The notes under the pieces were generated by a model that worked only from the letters and a program-made list of their open reading frames with translations, made no database searches and had not been told where the DNA came from. A DNA stretch of 64,000 nucleotides from Promethearchaeota archaeon. GTDB lineage: Archaea; Asgardarchaeota; Thorarchaeia; Thorarchaeales; Thorarchaeaceae. The first letter of the stretch is position 1; each line of letters opens with the position of its first letter. Location: contig JBHLPF010000008.1 of the NCBI GenBank assembly GCA_048939765.1, forward strand, positions 2,712 through 66,711, in the 5' to 3' direction. The position numbers and the translations under genes are program-made. Positions 1 through 10,232 of the stretch are shown here, in pieces.

Positions 1-1110
1 TATACAATTATTCCGCATATGCAATGATATTATATCATATGATGCGGAAAACCTTGGGAGTTTCATGACAACGATGAAAACATTGTCTGTTGGTCTGATG
101 TCACTGTCAAGTCTGATCTATTGAAATCAGAGTTTTGGCCGCTATTCTCCCGTATTCACTTTCCGAGTACACTAGTACACTCCAACCCATTATGTAGTCG
201 GAAGCTATACCCACTTATCGTGTACTGCCACCCTTTTCCGAGGATAATCAGGGTTATTTCGTATTCTTTTCTTGTCATAGACAATATAACACGGTTTCTG
301 AGTATACGCTGGCAATGACAAAGCCATCCTCTTTACCAATAGGTTTCCTCTGAAGAGTTGATAGGGCCTCGTCTTTGTGTCCCGACGTGCGACCTCACTT
401 CAACTACTGATTCCGTACATGCCCGTATATTGGTATGAACAGTACCATATTGCGGTATTAGAATAATATTAACCAGATGCAATAATATATCGATAAATAT
501 TTGCAAAAACATGAATTTCACTAGTCACTCAGATAATAACATACGTCGAAATATCGAAATTCTGGTCGATAATTGAAGAACTTCGGTATATGATGGAGAG
601 AATGCATAATTGAAGGATGTACGTGGTTGTGGCTTGGTATGTGTTATCCGATATGATTTGGATGGCTAAACAGGGAATCCTGCTAATGCTATCCTATCCA
701 GCTGTACACGCTGGATGATGATTGATTATGTTCAGTAAATGCGTGATCTCACGTAATACAAGGTCGAAAATAGTATCGTTCATACCGTAGATGCGTACAC
801 GTTTGGCCTTGGTGCCGAAGTGCGAATCACTGGTAATCTCTCCTACTCTCTCTCCGATGCAGGATGTGCGGAACGGGACAAATGCTTACTCCAACAACTC
901 CCCAAACCCAAGCGTGTACCGACAAGTACTCTTGGCAAGAGTGCTCCAATCAACAACCCTGGCAAAACCAATCCCAATCCGTAAAAGCGGTCGGTACACG
1001 CTTACTTCTTCTCAGCCCAATTCTAAATGAAGCCAGCGTTTACTATGCTCCATTAGTACACATTGGAGATTACATTGGCAATTGTTATCAGGGAGGCTTG
1101 TTGTCAAAGC
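1..1110. other. Long non-coding region, AT-rich in its first part, with repeated GTACAC(G) motifs and inverted repeats
   Basis: Only short, non-protein-like ORFs. GTACACG at 219-225(-), 704-710, 795-801, 913-919(-), 994-1000; inverted repeats at 11-49, 696-716, 910-1003. Confidence 0.6.
910..1003. repeat. Perfect 14-bp inverted repeat enclosing an internal hairpin
   Basis: AAGCGTGTACCGAC (910-923) / GTCGGTACACGCTT (990-1003); internal AGTACTCTT-GGC-AAGAGTGCT. Confidence 0.8.
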
Positions 1111-1116
1111 TTTGGG

Positions 1117-2316
1117 ATGGGATACGATACCGATGTACTCGTCATAGGAGCAGGTCCGGCAGGCCTTTCAGCTGCCAGACAACTCGCTGAACAGGACGTG
1201 TCATTCCTTCTTGTATATCGAGAGAGGAGTCCCTGTGAGAGAAAGCCTTGCGGTGGTTTTATTCCGCAGAGGGCATTGGAGCGTTTAGGCATCAAAGATT
1301 TTCCAGGTGCATATCCAATTGATGCTGTCAGAATGAGATTTCCTGGCACTGAAGCAAAGACTGTAGAGTTCAAAGAAAGAGTCGGCGTGAATGCGACTAG
1401 ATACGACATTGGTCGCACTCAATTATCACTTATTGATCAGCGTGAGAGCATCTGGTCAGAAACAGAAGTAATCCGAGTCGAAATCACAGAAGAGAAGTGT
1501 TCCACAACCATTGTCAGAAGCAATGCACCTGATTTGATCTCTTCAAAGCTGATTATCGACGCCAGTGGAGCGAACCCTGTGACCCAACGTTTCTTGCCAA
1601 TAAGGGAAAGGATCCCTAATACATCACTTGGGTATGCAGTGCAATATCAGATGCAACTCGGTTCTGATTCTGAACAATTGAGAGCAGTCAATGATTTCAT
1701 CTATGGTAGTGAATACTCACCGGGTGGATATGCATGGGCTTTTCCCAGAGGGAGCGAGGTTGCTATTGGTACTGGGGGACTGATAGGAATGATTCGGAGC
1801 AGTGAGACGCGAGTCGAAGAATACCTGAAACGTCTATTGCGTTCATTTGAACCACTAAAGAGCCAACTAGAAGGTGCAACGATAAATAGACGAGAATCTG
1901 CGCTCATGCCACTTGCTGGGGTTGTTCGTCCTTCCTATGGCAAAAGACTGATGCTTGCTGGCGACGCTGCGGGACATTGCTCACCCATCACTGGAGAAGG
2001 GATCTTTTATTCCATGGTTGCAGGTGAGTTAGCTGCATCAACCGCTCGAGATGCGATTAGAGCAGACGATTTCACAGCAACGCAACTCGCAGGCTATGAG
2101 AAAAGGTGGACCAGAGTACTTGGCTCCGATTTGAGATGGGGACTTTGGCTCCAAAAGAGGTTCTTGAGCGATGGCGCAAAATCAATCGGCACGGCCTTTC
2201 TTAAATCAAAGCATGCCCAGAAGGTAATTGCGGAAATGCTTCTTGGAGTGAGATCTGTAAGGAGTGCCATCACTGGCATGGTACCCAGGTACATCCTCTC
2301 GAAGCTCGGGATTTAG
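1117..2316 (+). CDS. Geranylgeranyl reductase family FAD-dependent oxidoreductase
   Basis: DVLVIGAGPAG Rossmann motif, KPCGG, GGYAWAFP, LAGDAAG..PITGEGI. Start placed at ATG 1117. Confidence 0.88.
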   Translation: MGYDTDVLVIGAGPAGLSAARQLAEQDVSFLLVYRERSPCERKPCGGFIPQRALERLGIKDFPGAYPIDAVRMRFPGTEAKTVEFKERVGVNATRYDIGRTQLSLIDQRESIWSETEVIRVEITEEKCSTTIVRSNAPDLISSKLIIDASGANPVTQRFLPIRERIPNTSLGYAVQYQMQLGSDSEQLRAVNDFIYGSEYSPGGYAWAFPRGSEVAIGTGGLIGMIRSSETRVEEYLKRLLRSFEPLKSQLEGATINRRESALMPLAGVVRPSYGKRLMLAGDAAGHCSPITGEGIFYSMVAGELAASTARDAIRADDFTATQLAGYEKRWTRVLGSDLRWGLWLQKRFLSDGAKSIGTAFLKSKHAQKVIAEMLLGVRSVRSAITGMVPRYILSKLGI

Positions 2317-2579
2317 TGCAAAGAGTACTGAGGGAGAAGAAATAGCTGTTCAAACCATCGCATCGACCAGCGTTGGTTTTCATCCAAATAGATATGATTC
2401 TGGAATGCATGGGATGTCTTTCTAAGTCGATACTATATTCACAAGGGTACTATACCGAATTGCTGACAGTTCTTTATTTGATGGTTTGCTATAGGCATGG
2501 TAGCTAACTATTTGAATTTACGAATCGCTAGCTGGTTAGGAAATGAAACTTGCCATAAGTCCTGGAGAATGAGAGAAGT

Positions 2580-3341
2580 ATGACGGAGTCGCAGCACGGC
2601 TACTCCATTCGTCGTTCATCGCGTCCGCTAGATCGTATTATGATCCTGGTATGCGTGATGTTCGTTTTTGCGATGTGCACTAATTTCAGTGCAGCAGCGC
2701 AAAATCCAAACCTTTTGGAACAAATGGAAGACGACTTCAATGATCTCTCTGCCAAAGCCATCTCTTGGTCGGTAGTCCCTGAAACAAATAATGACAACAT
2801 AGCTCTTATTGACAATATTGAACTAGGGTCGGAAAATGCTCATTGGGTCCTTGAACCAGAAGACGGATATATTGAGATTGTTAACTACAGCCTACCTGAA
2901 GGAGATATACCCCTCTGCATTGATCAAGATTGGCTTGATCAATTCTATGTGACCGTTCATGTCCATGGCGGTTACGAACTCCTTGAGATAGGTCTGTTGT
3001 TAGAACAGAAGGATGTATGGTACTGCATTGATATCGTGCAGATTGATTTGCGCGAAGACTGCAGTGATGCTTGGTATAGATTTGAACTGAGATTGCCGGA
3101 TGGAGTGGAAGAGTATAGCTTTGATGCGAACAACTTCCCAGATGTTAGTCCACCATTCGAAATAAAGCACAATCCAGACTATGATGACCTACAGAAGGAG
3201 ATTAATGTTTACTTCTGCAGCCTCTGGACTGGCTGCGACTTACCGGCCCAGGAGTTCACGATTTCCTTGGTTCATTGGTCAATAAGAGCTGTGTGTCGCC
3301 TCTTCTGGCGACACCTACTGATTTTTGATGGTTATTCATAG
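2580..3341 (+). CDS. Hypothetical secreted/exported acidic protein, possibly truncated
   Basis: 253-aa ORF with signal-peptide-like MILVCVMFVFAMCTNFSAAA and an acidic body; start may be ATG 2640. Confidence 0.5.
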   Translation: MTESQHGYSIRRSSRPLDRIMILVCVMFVFAMCTNFSAAAQNPNLLEQMEDDFNDLSAKAISWSVVPETNNDNIALIDNIELGSENAHWVLEPEDGYIEIVNYSLPEGDIPLCIDQDWLDQFYVTVHVHGGYELLEIGLLLEQKDVWYCIDIVQIDLREDCSDAWYRFELRLPDGVEEYSFDANNFPDVSPPFEIKHNPDYDDLQKEINVYFCSLWTGCDLPAQEFTISLVHWSIRAVCRLFWRHLLIFDGYS

Positions 3342-3350
3342 GCATTCAAA

Positions 3351-4754
3351 CTACGGCTGTATGTTTCCAAAAGCAAGTGCTGCTTCTTCAGCCAAAGTAG
3401 AAATCTGATTGTGGGGACTTTCCAGCGCGACCCTCAATATTTCCTGCGCAAGATCCACAGGAAGCTTGTTTACATTAGATACGACCTCAATGCCCACTTC
3501 TTCTTCAGGGTCCTTGAGTAACTGAAAGAATAACTCCCTTGTGTCTTTGTCATGCAATTCGATGAGTATTCTCGCAAGGTCTTTCCTGACGCTAGGGATT
3601 TTGCTATTAGCTAGCACCATGAGGGCTGATTTCGTACTTCTTTGTCTTCGCTTCACTGATATTGCATATGACATCATTTCCGCTAGCTCAATGGAGTCCA
3701 CCTCCGATGGGGCGCTGACTGAGATGGGCGATTCAAGAGCATTCAACCTCGCTAACCCTCGAGCAGCTAGCGCACGTTCAGATTGTACTTTCGAATCCAA
3801 GAGGGCGTTCAAGATATCTTCGGATGCAGGGTCTCTTGTGTTGACTAATATGTCAATAATGACTCCTTGAAGGCGGATGGCCATTGTCGGTTGTAGAGCG
3901 ACGAGATTTCTGTTGTAGTGTCGAGTCTGAAGGCTTTTGATCTCTTTCAGGAGGGCAAACTGAGTTAGGCCACGTGGGCCTCTTTCTTCTTCTATACCTT
4001 GAATCGAAGCATCCAGTCGTCTTATAGCTTCTATCTCGTCTCTGGGTTGCTTTCCGGCCCGAAATAGTGTCGAATGAGGGAGTGCGGCGTCAAGCGATTT
4101 TACACAGGCATACCAGTCATCTGGAGGGATCTCTTCACACATTGATTCTGGCTCAAATCCAAGGTCAGTAAGAATACTCGCTATTTCAGTCCACACTTCC
4201 TTTTCAACCACTGATTCGATCCCTGATTCTGAATATGCTTGGAGTATAGATTTGCCATACTTAGTACTTCGAAGATGACCGATATAGTATAGCTGTCTCA
4301 CAGACGTTCGCGTGTGTTTTTCCGTAAATGGAATCCTGCAGTCTCTGATTTCTTGAATTCGTTTCTGCAAGATTCCGGGTAATAAAATCGAATACGGTGA
4401 TGATGCCGCCATATAAACTCTGACGGCGCTTGAATTGAATAGCTCAGATTGAGACTCAAAGAGGGTATGAACATATTCAAACATCAATTGAATAGCCGTC
4501 TTCCTAGTTTGGATACCTTTCACGATATCAATAAGGTCGTATGATGGCATCTCCAATGCACAATAAATCGGGTCTAACGCAAGGAAATATGCAACATGAT
4601 CGCGTATTCTTAGGTTTCGATTCTCTCTGAATGCAGAATAGAGCGATTCCTTCAACACTTGTATGTTCTCTTCCCTTACAAATTCCAACAATAAGTTCGA
4701 GCTACTGTGAAAATCAAACCTGCTAATTGCAGCGAGCAAGTCAGTTATACTCAA
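3351..4754 (-). CDS. HEAT/PBS-lyase-like repeat protein
   Basis: 467-aa helical ORF; C-terminal repeats LLDSKVQSERALAARGL, LANSKIPSVRKDLARIL, LLKDPEEEVGIEVV. Confidence 0.7.
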   Translation of the reverse strand: MSITDLLAAISRFDFHSSSNLLLEFVREENIQVLKESLYSAFRENRNLRIRDHVAYFLALDPIYCALEMPSYDLIDIVKGIQTRKTAIQLMFEYVHTLFESQSELFNSSAVRVYMAASSPYSILLPGILQKRIQEIRDCRIPFTEKHTRTSVRQLYYIGHLRSTKYGKSILQAYSESGIESVVEKEVWTEIASILTDLGFEPESMCEEIPPDDWYACVKSLDAALPHSTLFRAGKQPRDEIEAIRRLDASIQGIEEERGPRGLTQFALLKEIKSLQTRHYNRNLVALQPTMAIRLQGVIIDILVNTRDPASEDILNALLDSKVQSERALAARGLARLNALESPISVSAPSEVDSIELAEMMSYAISVKRRQRSTKSALMVLANSKIPSVRKDLARILIELHDKDTRELFFQLLKDPEEEVGIEVVSNVNKLPVDLAQEILRVALESPHNQISTLAEEAALAFGNIQP

Positions 4755-4856
4755 GGTCAGCTCACTACTACTCTATGCCTGAGTAGGGTATATGTAGATG
4801 TTCCTGGCCGCACTGACCAGCAACAACTCGACACTTGTACTAGAGTCAAATGTCGT

Positions 4857-5129
4857 CTAGGATCCCGTGCCCTTCATTTTGTGCACGATAAAGCATTTTT
4901 TTCGGTAAGCCTCGTCGTCCAGGTTGTTAATGAAGTTCTCAAGCTTCTTGACCCGAGTGAATTCCTCATGGATACCCAGGTCTCTCACAGAAATCATTGC
5001 TTTCTTCTTCTCGATTCGAACGTAGACACCACCGAGGCCCACTGAGTGCTTCATATACACTGGGTCCTCTTGGTTCTTGACTCGATAGAATCCCTGTCTT
5101 CTCAACATTCGTGTGACCATGTTCATCAT
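4857..5129 (-). CDS. Small basic hypothetical protein
   Basis: 90-aa ORF with protein-like composition; GGAGG about 12 nt upstream. Confidence 0.7.
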   Translation of the reverse strand: MMNMVTRMLRRQGFYRVKNQEDPVYMKHSVGLGGVYVRIEKKKAMISVRDLGIHEEFTRVKKLENFINNLDDEAYRKKCFIVHKMKGTGS

Positions 5130-5501
5130 AGCTGTCTAGCCCTCCCGGCGGCTGACAGTTTCACAGTAAACGCATACCTCAATATAAAGTCATAAGGTGA
5201 AAATAGTACACGTTTGTTCGATATGCAATCAATGACATAAACAAATAATCCGATTAGTGCTTTATTTTAGCACAAATTACCTAGAGAGATTAGAATCTTG
5301 CACAAGAATCGACATATTCGATATTCTAGCTTCCAACGCGCCAAATGAATATGATGCGTGTACAAGCTATCTCGGAGAGGTTTCAGGGTTGGTATCAAAC
5401 GTTTACGACGTATCTTGTTATTGTCAGTCCGAAACTTCTGCGATCATGAATCTAGTCGTTGAAGACAATGCTTAAAACTGAGTCAAAGAAGTCGAGCAGC
5501 A

Positions 5502-6068
5502 GTGGGACAAGTTATGGATCTTTGGAGTGACTTCATAGGGTTCTTCACAGGCATTCTAGCACCAGTAGCTGATCCTCCATTCAGTGCTCTCTTCATTCTG
5601 ATAGTTAGTGTGTCCCTTGCACTCATTGCGTCTTGGGCAACCATGCGGTTTAGTGATGTCGAGCAGACAAGAAAGAATATGGAGGAAATCTCGGAATGGA
5701 GAAAGAAGCTTGATGTCGCGCGAAAGACAATGGATCCTATGCTTCTCCAGGAAGTTCAAGATGAACAAGCAAGAATCATGCGCTTAAATGCCCAGCTGAT
5801 GAGCTCTCGATGTAAGCCAATGTGCATCTATTACATCCCATTCATAATCATCTTTGGAATCCTCAACGCATTGTACGCAAATGTTCCCGTGGCAATCCTT
5901 CCCTTCAATGCACAGAAGCTCCTTCCTTTTATAGATCCGATGCTGGGAACAAACCTAGTTGGAGGCGGATTTGGCCTTTGGTTTTGGCCATGGTATCTTC
6001 TGTCGAGCCTCGGGCTGGGAAATCTGATCCGCAAGTTCTTGGGCGTTGGTGTTGAGTTAGGTATGTAG
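5502..6068 (+). CDS. EMC3/TMCO1 (DUF106, Oxa1 superfamily) membrane insertase
   Basis: TM1, cytoplasmic coiled coil, KPM..Y.IPF TM2, and W..WYLLSS TM3. Confidence 0.85.
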   Translation: MGQVMDLWSDFIGFFTGILAPVADPPFSALFILIVSVSLALIASWATMRFSDVEQTRKNMEEISEWRKKLDVARKTMDPMLLQEVQDEQARIMRLNAQLMSSRCKPMCIYYIPFIIIFGILNALYANVPVAILPFNAQKLLPFIDPMLGTNLVGGGFGLWFWPWYLLSSLGLGNLIRKFLGVGVELGM

Positions 6069-6069
6069 C

Positions 6070-7260
6070 CTAATCCGCCGCTTGCTTCTCCTTGGTCCTA
6101 ACAAGAAGTAGGGCAGCTGTAGCAATCAAGGCCAGAATCATTGAGTATTGAAAAGCCGTCAAGGGCCCTACAATATCCCAAAGCAATCCAATTATGATGC
6201 CTGCTGGTAACGCACAGAGACCTATCGACATCTGGAATGCACCCAAGATACTTGACCGCCTTTCCTCCTCGACGAGATCTGCCACCAAAGCAGTTTGAAC
6301 CGGGTCCAATGCTCCGTTCATGAAACCGAACATAAGGAACAGGGGAATCACAGTAATCCAATCATATACAATGAACGCCCATGCAGATGTAAGAATTAGA
6401 AGGATGAATGCAATGAGTAGAATGGGCTTTCTACCAAAGCGGTCTGACGCAAGACCAAAGGGATATGCACTTGCAGCATAGACGACAGTGAACAGAATGT
6501 ATAGCAATGGAAGCTGAGATTCCAAGTATCCAAAGCTCTCTGAGAAGAGCATGAGGAATGAATAGCTGAATGTTGCTAATGCAAAGAGGATTGAGGCGAA
6601 GAGGAAAATCTTTAGGTTTCTGTCTAGTCCCCTAAAACTGACTCCCTTGAAGACATCTTTGCCCTTCTTCTCTTTTATTAAGACTGAAACCACAATTACA
6701 CTCCCAGCTCCAGGCAGGACTGCTAGCATGATGATGCCTGTGTAGCCTAGAGTTGCAAATAGGAGAGCAGTTATCACAGATCCCAAGACTGCTCCCCCTG
6801 TATCCATTGCTCGTAGAAATCCAAAAGCCCGGCCGCGTTTCTCTTCATCTGCATGGCTTGCAACAATTGCATCCCTAGGCGGTCCGCGCATCTTGCCTAG
6901 TCTATCAGCAGACTTCCAGAACAGAATATGATAGAAACCAGTAGCAAGAAGAAATCCGATTCTCGATATTGTAGAAAGGAAGTAGCCAATTGAGATAAAC
7001 GCCTTTCGCTTTCCTGTCCTGTCGGATGCATAGCCGGCACCTAGCTTTGAGAGTGATGTGATTGTCAATGCCAGTCCATCGACAATTCCTATCTGAGAGT
7101 ATGAGAGACCCAGTCGGACTTGCAGAAATGTTGGCCAGATAGGTGCAATCATATCAGAACTCGTGTCATTGAGGAATGATGCAGTTCCAAAAACCAGTGT
7201 TGGGTCTACTTGGCCCTTGTCCTTCTCAGTATCAGCCGACAAATCTTGCTTTTCCTCCAT
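6070..7260 (-). CDS. MFS transporter
   Basis: About 12 TM; motif A GYASDRTGKRK and GLASDRFGRK; SFLNDTSSDM, RGPPRDAIVA. Confidence 0.92.
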   Translation of the reverse strand: MEEKQDLSADTEKDKGQVDPTLVFGTASFLNDTSSDMIAPIWPTFLQVRLGLSYSQIGIVDGLALTITSLSKLGAGYASDRTGKRKAFISIGYFLSTISRIGFLLATGFYHILFWKSADRLGKMRGPPRDAIVASHADEEKRGRAFGFLRAMDTGGAVLGSVITALLFATLGYTGIIMLAVLPGAGSVIVVSVLIKEKKGKDVFKGVSFRGLDRNLKIFLFASILFALATFSYSFLMLFSESFGYLESQLPLLYILFTVVYAASAYPFGLASDRFGRKPILLIAFILLILTSAWAFIVYDWITVIPLFLMFGFMNGALDPVQTALVADLVEEERRSSILGAFQMSIGLCALPAGIIIGLLWDIVGPLTAFQYSMILALIATAALLLVRTKEKQAAD

Positions 7261-7406
7261 CCCCGCAAAGCGTTCTCATCATATATTTGAATTGTATTCC
7301 TTTCGGGCTGAGGAACATGGGATGGGTAGCTCAATTAGCATATGTCCTGGCCGGAATTGGTACCTTATTCACAAGCGTTTTATTATCCAAATCCATCCGT
7401 GCAGCT

Positions 7407-8609
7407 ATGAACTCCGATAAGTCGAAAGTCTACTTTGGATCTGTGAAAAATGGAAACATGGGTCGATTTGCTTCATTTGCGGCAAAAGTGGACAAGGTTA
7501 TCGAACTTCTCGATTTCTCAACTATAGAGAAGAAAGACAAAGTCGCGGTCAAGATGCACTTGGGTTTCCACGACGGCTATCAGACTGTGCCCGTCTTCTT
7601 TGTGCGTCGGCTGGTAAGAGCGGTACAGAAGGCTGGTGGATACCCATTCGTGACTGACACTCCCACTGCAGTCTACAATGCGGCAGAACGTGGGTATACG
7701 GCTGAAACATGTGGATGTCCTATTATTCCATCCGCTGGAGTCAAGGATGGCTATACAAGGAAGGTAGAATTCAACTTTGGAAACATCGACACCCTAGAGA
7801 TGGGTGGCGTTATGGCGGATGCTGATGTTCTGATTGATCTCACACACGTCAAAGGTCACAACACCTGTGGATACGGCGGAGCGGTGAAGAACATCGCTCT
7901 GGGAGGATATCATGGCCCTAGCAGATTGCAGAAGATACATGGTGTTGAAGCCAGTATTCCCTACTGGAATCCTGAGAAATGCACTCCAGAACATGCGAAA
8001 CGGCTCGTTGAGATCTGTCCGGATAACTGCATCAGTTACAATGAGAAGAAACATGAGCTTATGGTTTCGTTTAGTATGTGCAATCAATGCTGGAAATGCA
8101 TGGAGGCAGACAAAGAAGTAGGATGCCTGGATTTGAAACAGGAGAACTTCGCTTTGTTTCAGGAACTTATGGCAAGGACAGCAAATGAGGTTTTGAAGAC
8201 ATTTGATGAGAATAAGCGCTTCTTCCTAAACTTCGCCATTGATATCACCGGAATGTGTGATTGCTGGGGAGTCGCTCAGCCACATGTAGTGAACGATATT
8301 GGTGTTTTGGGTAGCAGGGATATTGTCGCTATTGAACAGGCATCACTTGACCTGGTTGCAAAGGAAGGTCTTATTGAGAGCATGATTCCTCCGTATTACA
8401 GGAATCTGAACTTGGATCCTGAGGTTGATCTTCATCCATTCGCTAGGCTGCACGGTCCTATGAAAAATCCCTATCTGGTGGTTGAATATGCTGAGGGGCT
8501 GGGAATGGGCTCAAGAAACTATGAGATTATTGAGGTACTCTCAGTCGAAGAAACTATGAAGATGAAGCCTCCATCAGGCGTTTCCGAGGCGGCTCCGTCG
8601 TTCTTCTAG
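7407..8609 (+). CDS. DUF362 family Fe-S protein
   Basis: VAVKMHLG, LTHVKGH..GYGGAVKNIALG, ferredoxin-like Cys insert, DITGMCDC, DIVAIEQAS. Start ATG 7407 lies downstream of a TATA-like TTTTATT. Confidence 0.85.
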   Translation: MNSDKSKVYFGSVKNGNMGRFASFAAKVDKVIELLDFSTIEKKDKVAVKMHLGFHDGYQTVPVFFVRRLVRAVQKAGGYPFVTDTPTAVYNAAERGYTAETCGCPIIPSAGVKDGYTRKVEFNFGNIDTLEMGGVMADADVLIDLTHVKGHNTCGYGGAVKNIALGGYHGPSRLQKIHGVEASIPYWNPEKCTPEHAKRLVEICPDNCISYNEKKHELMVSFSMCNQCWKCMEADKEVGCLDLKQENFALFQELMARTANEVLKTFDENKRFFLNFAIDITGMCDCWGVAQPHVVNDIGVLGSRDIVAIEQASLDLVAKEGLIESMIPPYYRNLNLDPEVDLHPFARLHGPMKNPYLVVEYAEGLGMGSRNYEIIEVLSVEETMKMKPPSGVSEAAPSFF

Positions 8610-8770
8610 TAATATAGGGGATTAAGTAGCTGCAGAGGGAACATACAGTCAGAGCTTGCACCAAATAACGGACGAGTTAGCATTACATACGACATAAGAA
8701 CCTTTAATATATGCTAGTAATATAGAATATGTGACTAGCTCTTCCGAGTTGTGAGAAGGTGGGACGCTAG

Positions 8771-9208
8771 ATGACTGAGAGTCTATCGCCTGAAGACAGA
8801 CTTCGCAAATATAAGGAGTTCATCTCAGGACTTGCACATGCAAATGACTCCAGACGTAGAAGCCGTTCTCCTGCTCTAGACAATACTACTTCTGATGCCG
8901 AGAAGGCTCCAGTGAAGAAAGAACTTATCGCAGCTCTTGCAGTTCTCAAGGACACGGAGGAGAAGGATTCCCCTCCGGCCAAGCAGCAATCAGTTCGAAA
9001 GAATGTGATGCTAAAAATCAAGGAGAAAGCACTCGAATCCTCTATGCTTGAGATTCGAGATGAGAAACGCAGATTGGAACGCAAGTTGGAGAAGGGCGAG
9101 ATCACAAAGGCAGAATACGAAGCTGAAATTCAGAAACTTGTTCGGAAGGGCAAGAGGGTTCTCAAGGAGCAATCCATTGTCGCTGCAAGAAAGAACGGCG
9201 TAGCGTAA
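8771..9208 (+). CDS. Hypothetical coiled-coil protein with SHOCT-like C-terminal motif
   Basis: LEKGEITKAEYE motif; AGGTGG SD-like site and TTTAATAT promoter-like box upstream. Confidence 0.65.
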   Translation: MTESLSPEDRLRKYKEFISGLAHANDSRRRSRSPALDNTTSDAEKAPVKKELIAALAVLKDTEEKDSPPAKQQSVRKNVMLKIKEKALESSMLEIRDEKRRLERKLEKGEITKAEYEAEIQKLVRKGKRVLKEQSIVAARKNGVA

Positions 9209-9325
9209 TCGATAATTCATTTCTATTCTTCATATTCTGCAAATAGAGATTGAGCAATACAATCATAGAAAAGTGAAAAAGGGCCACGATATTCAAGAAT
9301 CCTGCTAATAGGGAGGCTGAATGCG

Positions 9326-10231
9326 CTGGTCAAGGGTAAATCTGGCAAGGGTTCTAAAGGAGCCAAGTCGGATGAGGCCTATCTGCAGCAATTTTGCGAA
9401 TTGAGTAGACGTGCAGCAATGGACCAGCTCTCTGAATTGATGAGAGGTTACTGGACTGATAAGAGCGAATATCCTCTTCATAGCCTATGCAGGATAATAG
9501 AGAAGAAATGGAAGAAGTCCGGGAATGAAGAGGAAGCAATTGAACATCTAATGCTTGTTCGTGACGGAATCTTTGGAGCTCTTGATATGCTCTCCCTTTC
9601 ATTGCCCCTCGAAGTAAGCACAGACACAATCATTCAGAAGCTCGTAAAGGGAACTGACTGGGATGACGGCAGGAAACGTGTCCGAAGTGAATGTGCACAA
9701 CTCATCAGTGACATGATATCAGCTAGGAAGCTCGCTCACATTCTTCCTTCAGGATTAGAACGAGACGGCTTCACCTTCCTTGTGCCTGGACTGAGAGAAG
9801 CCCTGTTGAAAGAAGTCGAGAAAGCTGAGCCAAGGGCACGAAAGGGCAGTGTAAGCTTGGCTGCCCTTTCACGTTCGGTTCTTGGAAGGCGACTGCTGAA
9901 AGAACAGATGATTACGGATACCAAGATTCCTGAAGCAGATCCGCGACTGACATCTTTGAAGGAAGCGTATGATAGACTTCTAGTTGAGCTGGAATTAGAC
10001 CAACAGGTAGCATTCCCACTAGAAACGCATCAGGTGACTTTCAATGGGAAAGCAGCAGAAGACGAAATGGAATACATGGATTTGGCAGTTGGTGCTGAGC
10101 CCGCAAGTGTTCAGTCTGAGTTAACGGAATACATCACAAGCTACAAAGAGGTAAAGCGGAAGCCGAAGAAAAAGGCAAGGAAGAAGCCTAAGAAATCCTT
10201 AGGCCGCAAGAAGACGAAGGGAGGAGCATGA
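9326..10231 (+). CDS. Hypothetical protein with Lys-rich termini
   Basis: Track ORF 9401-10231 stays open upstream to a CTG at 9326 preceded by GGAGG (9312-9316); C-terminal KRKPKKKARKKPKK tail. Confidence 0.7.
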   Translation: MVKGKSGKGSKGAKSDEAYLQQFCELSRRAAMDQLSELMRGYWTDKSEYPLHSLCRIIEKKWKKSGNEEEAIEHLMLVRDGIFGALDMLSLSLPLEVSTDTIIQKLVKGTDWDDGRKRVRSECAQLISDMISARKLAHILPSGLERDGFTFLVPGLREALLKEVEKAEPRARKGSVSLAALSRSVLGRRLLKEQMITDTKIPEADPRLTSLKEAYDRLLVELELDQQVAFPLETHQVTFNGKAAEDEMEYMDLAVGAEPASVQSELTEYITSYKEVKRKPKKKARKKPKKSLGRKKTKGGA

Positions 10232-10232
10232 G

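Noticed and set aside
791-1190. ORFs 791-1030 and 864-1190
   Set aside because: No recognisable motifs; they overlap the inverted-repeat structure and the start of the geranylgeranyl reductase gene.
7318-7365. GGGTAGCTCAATTAG resembling a tRNA D-arm, and a hydrophobic N-terminal extension of the DUF362 ORF
   Set aside because: No anticodon arm, T-loop or acceptor stem; a TATA-like element near 7378 favours a start at 7407.
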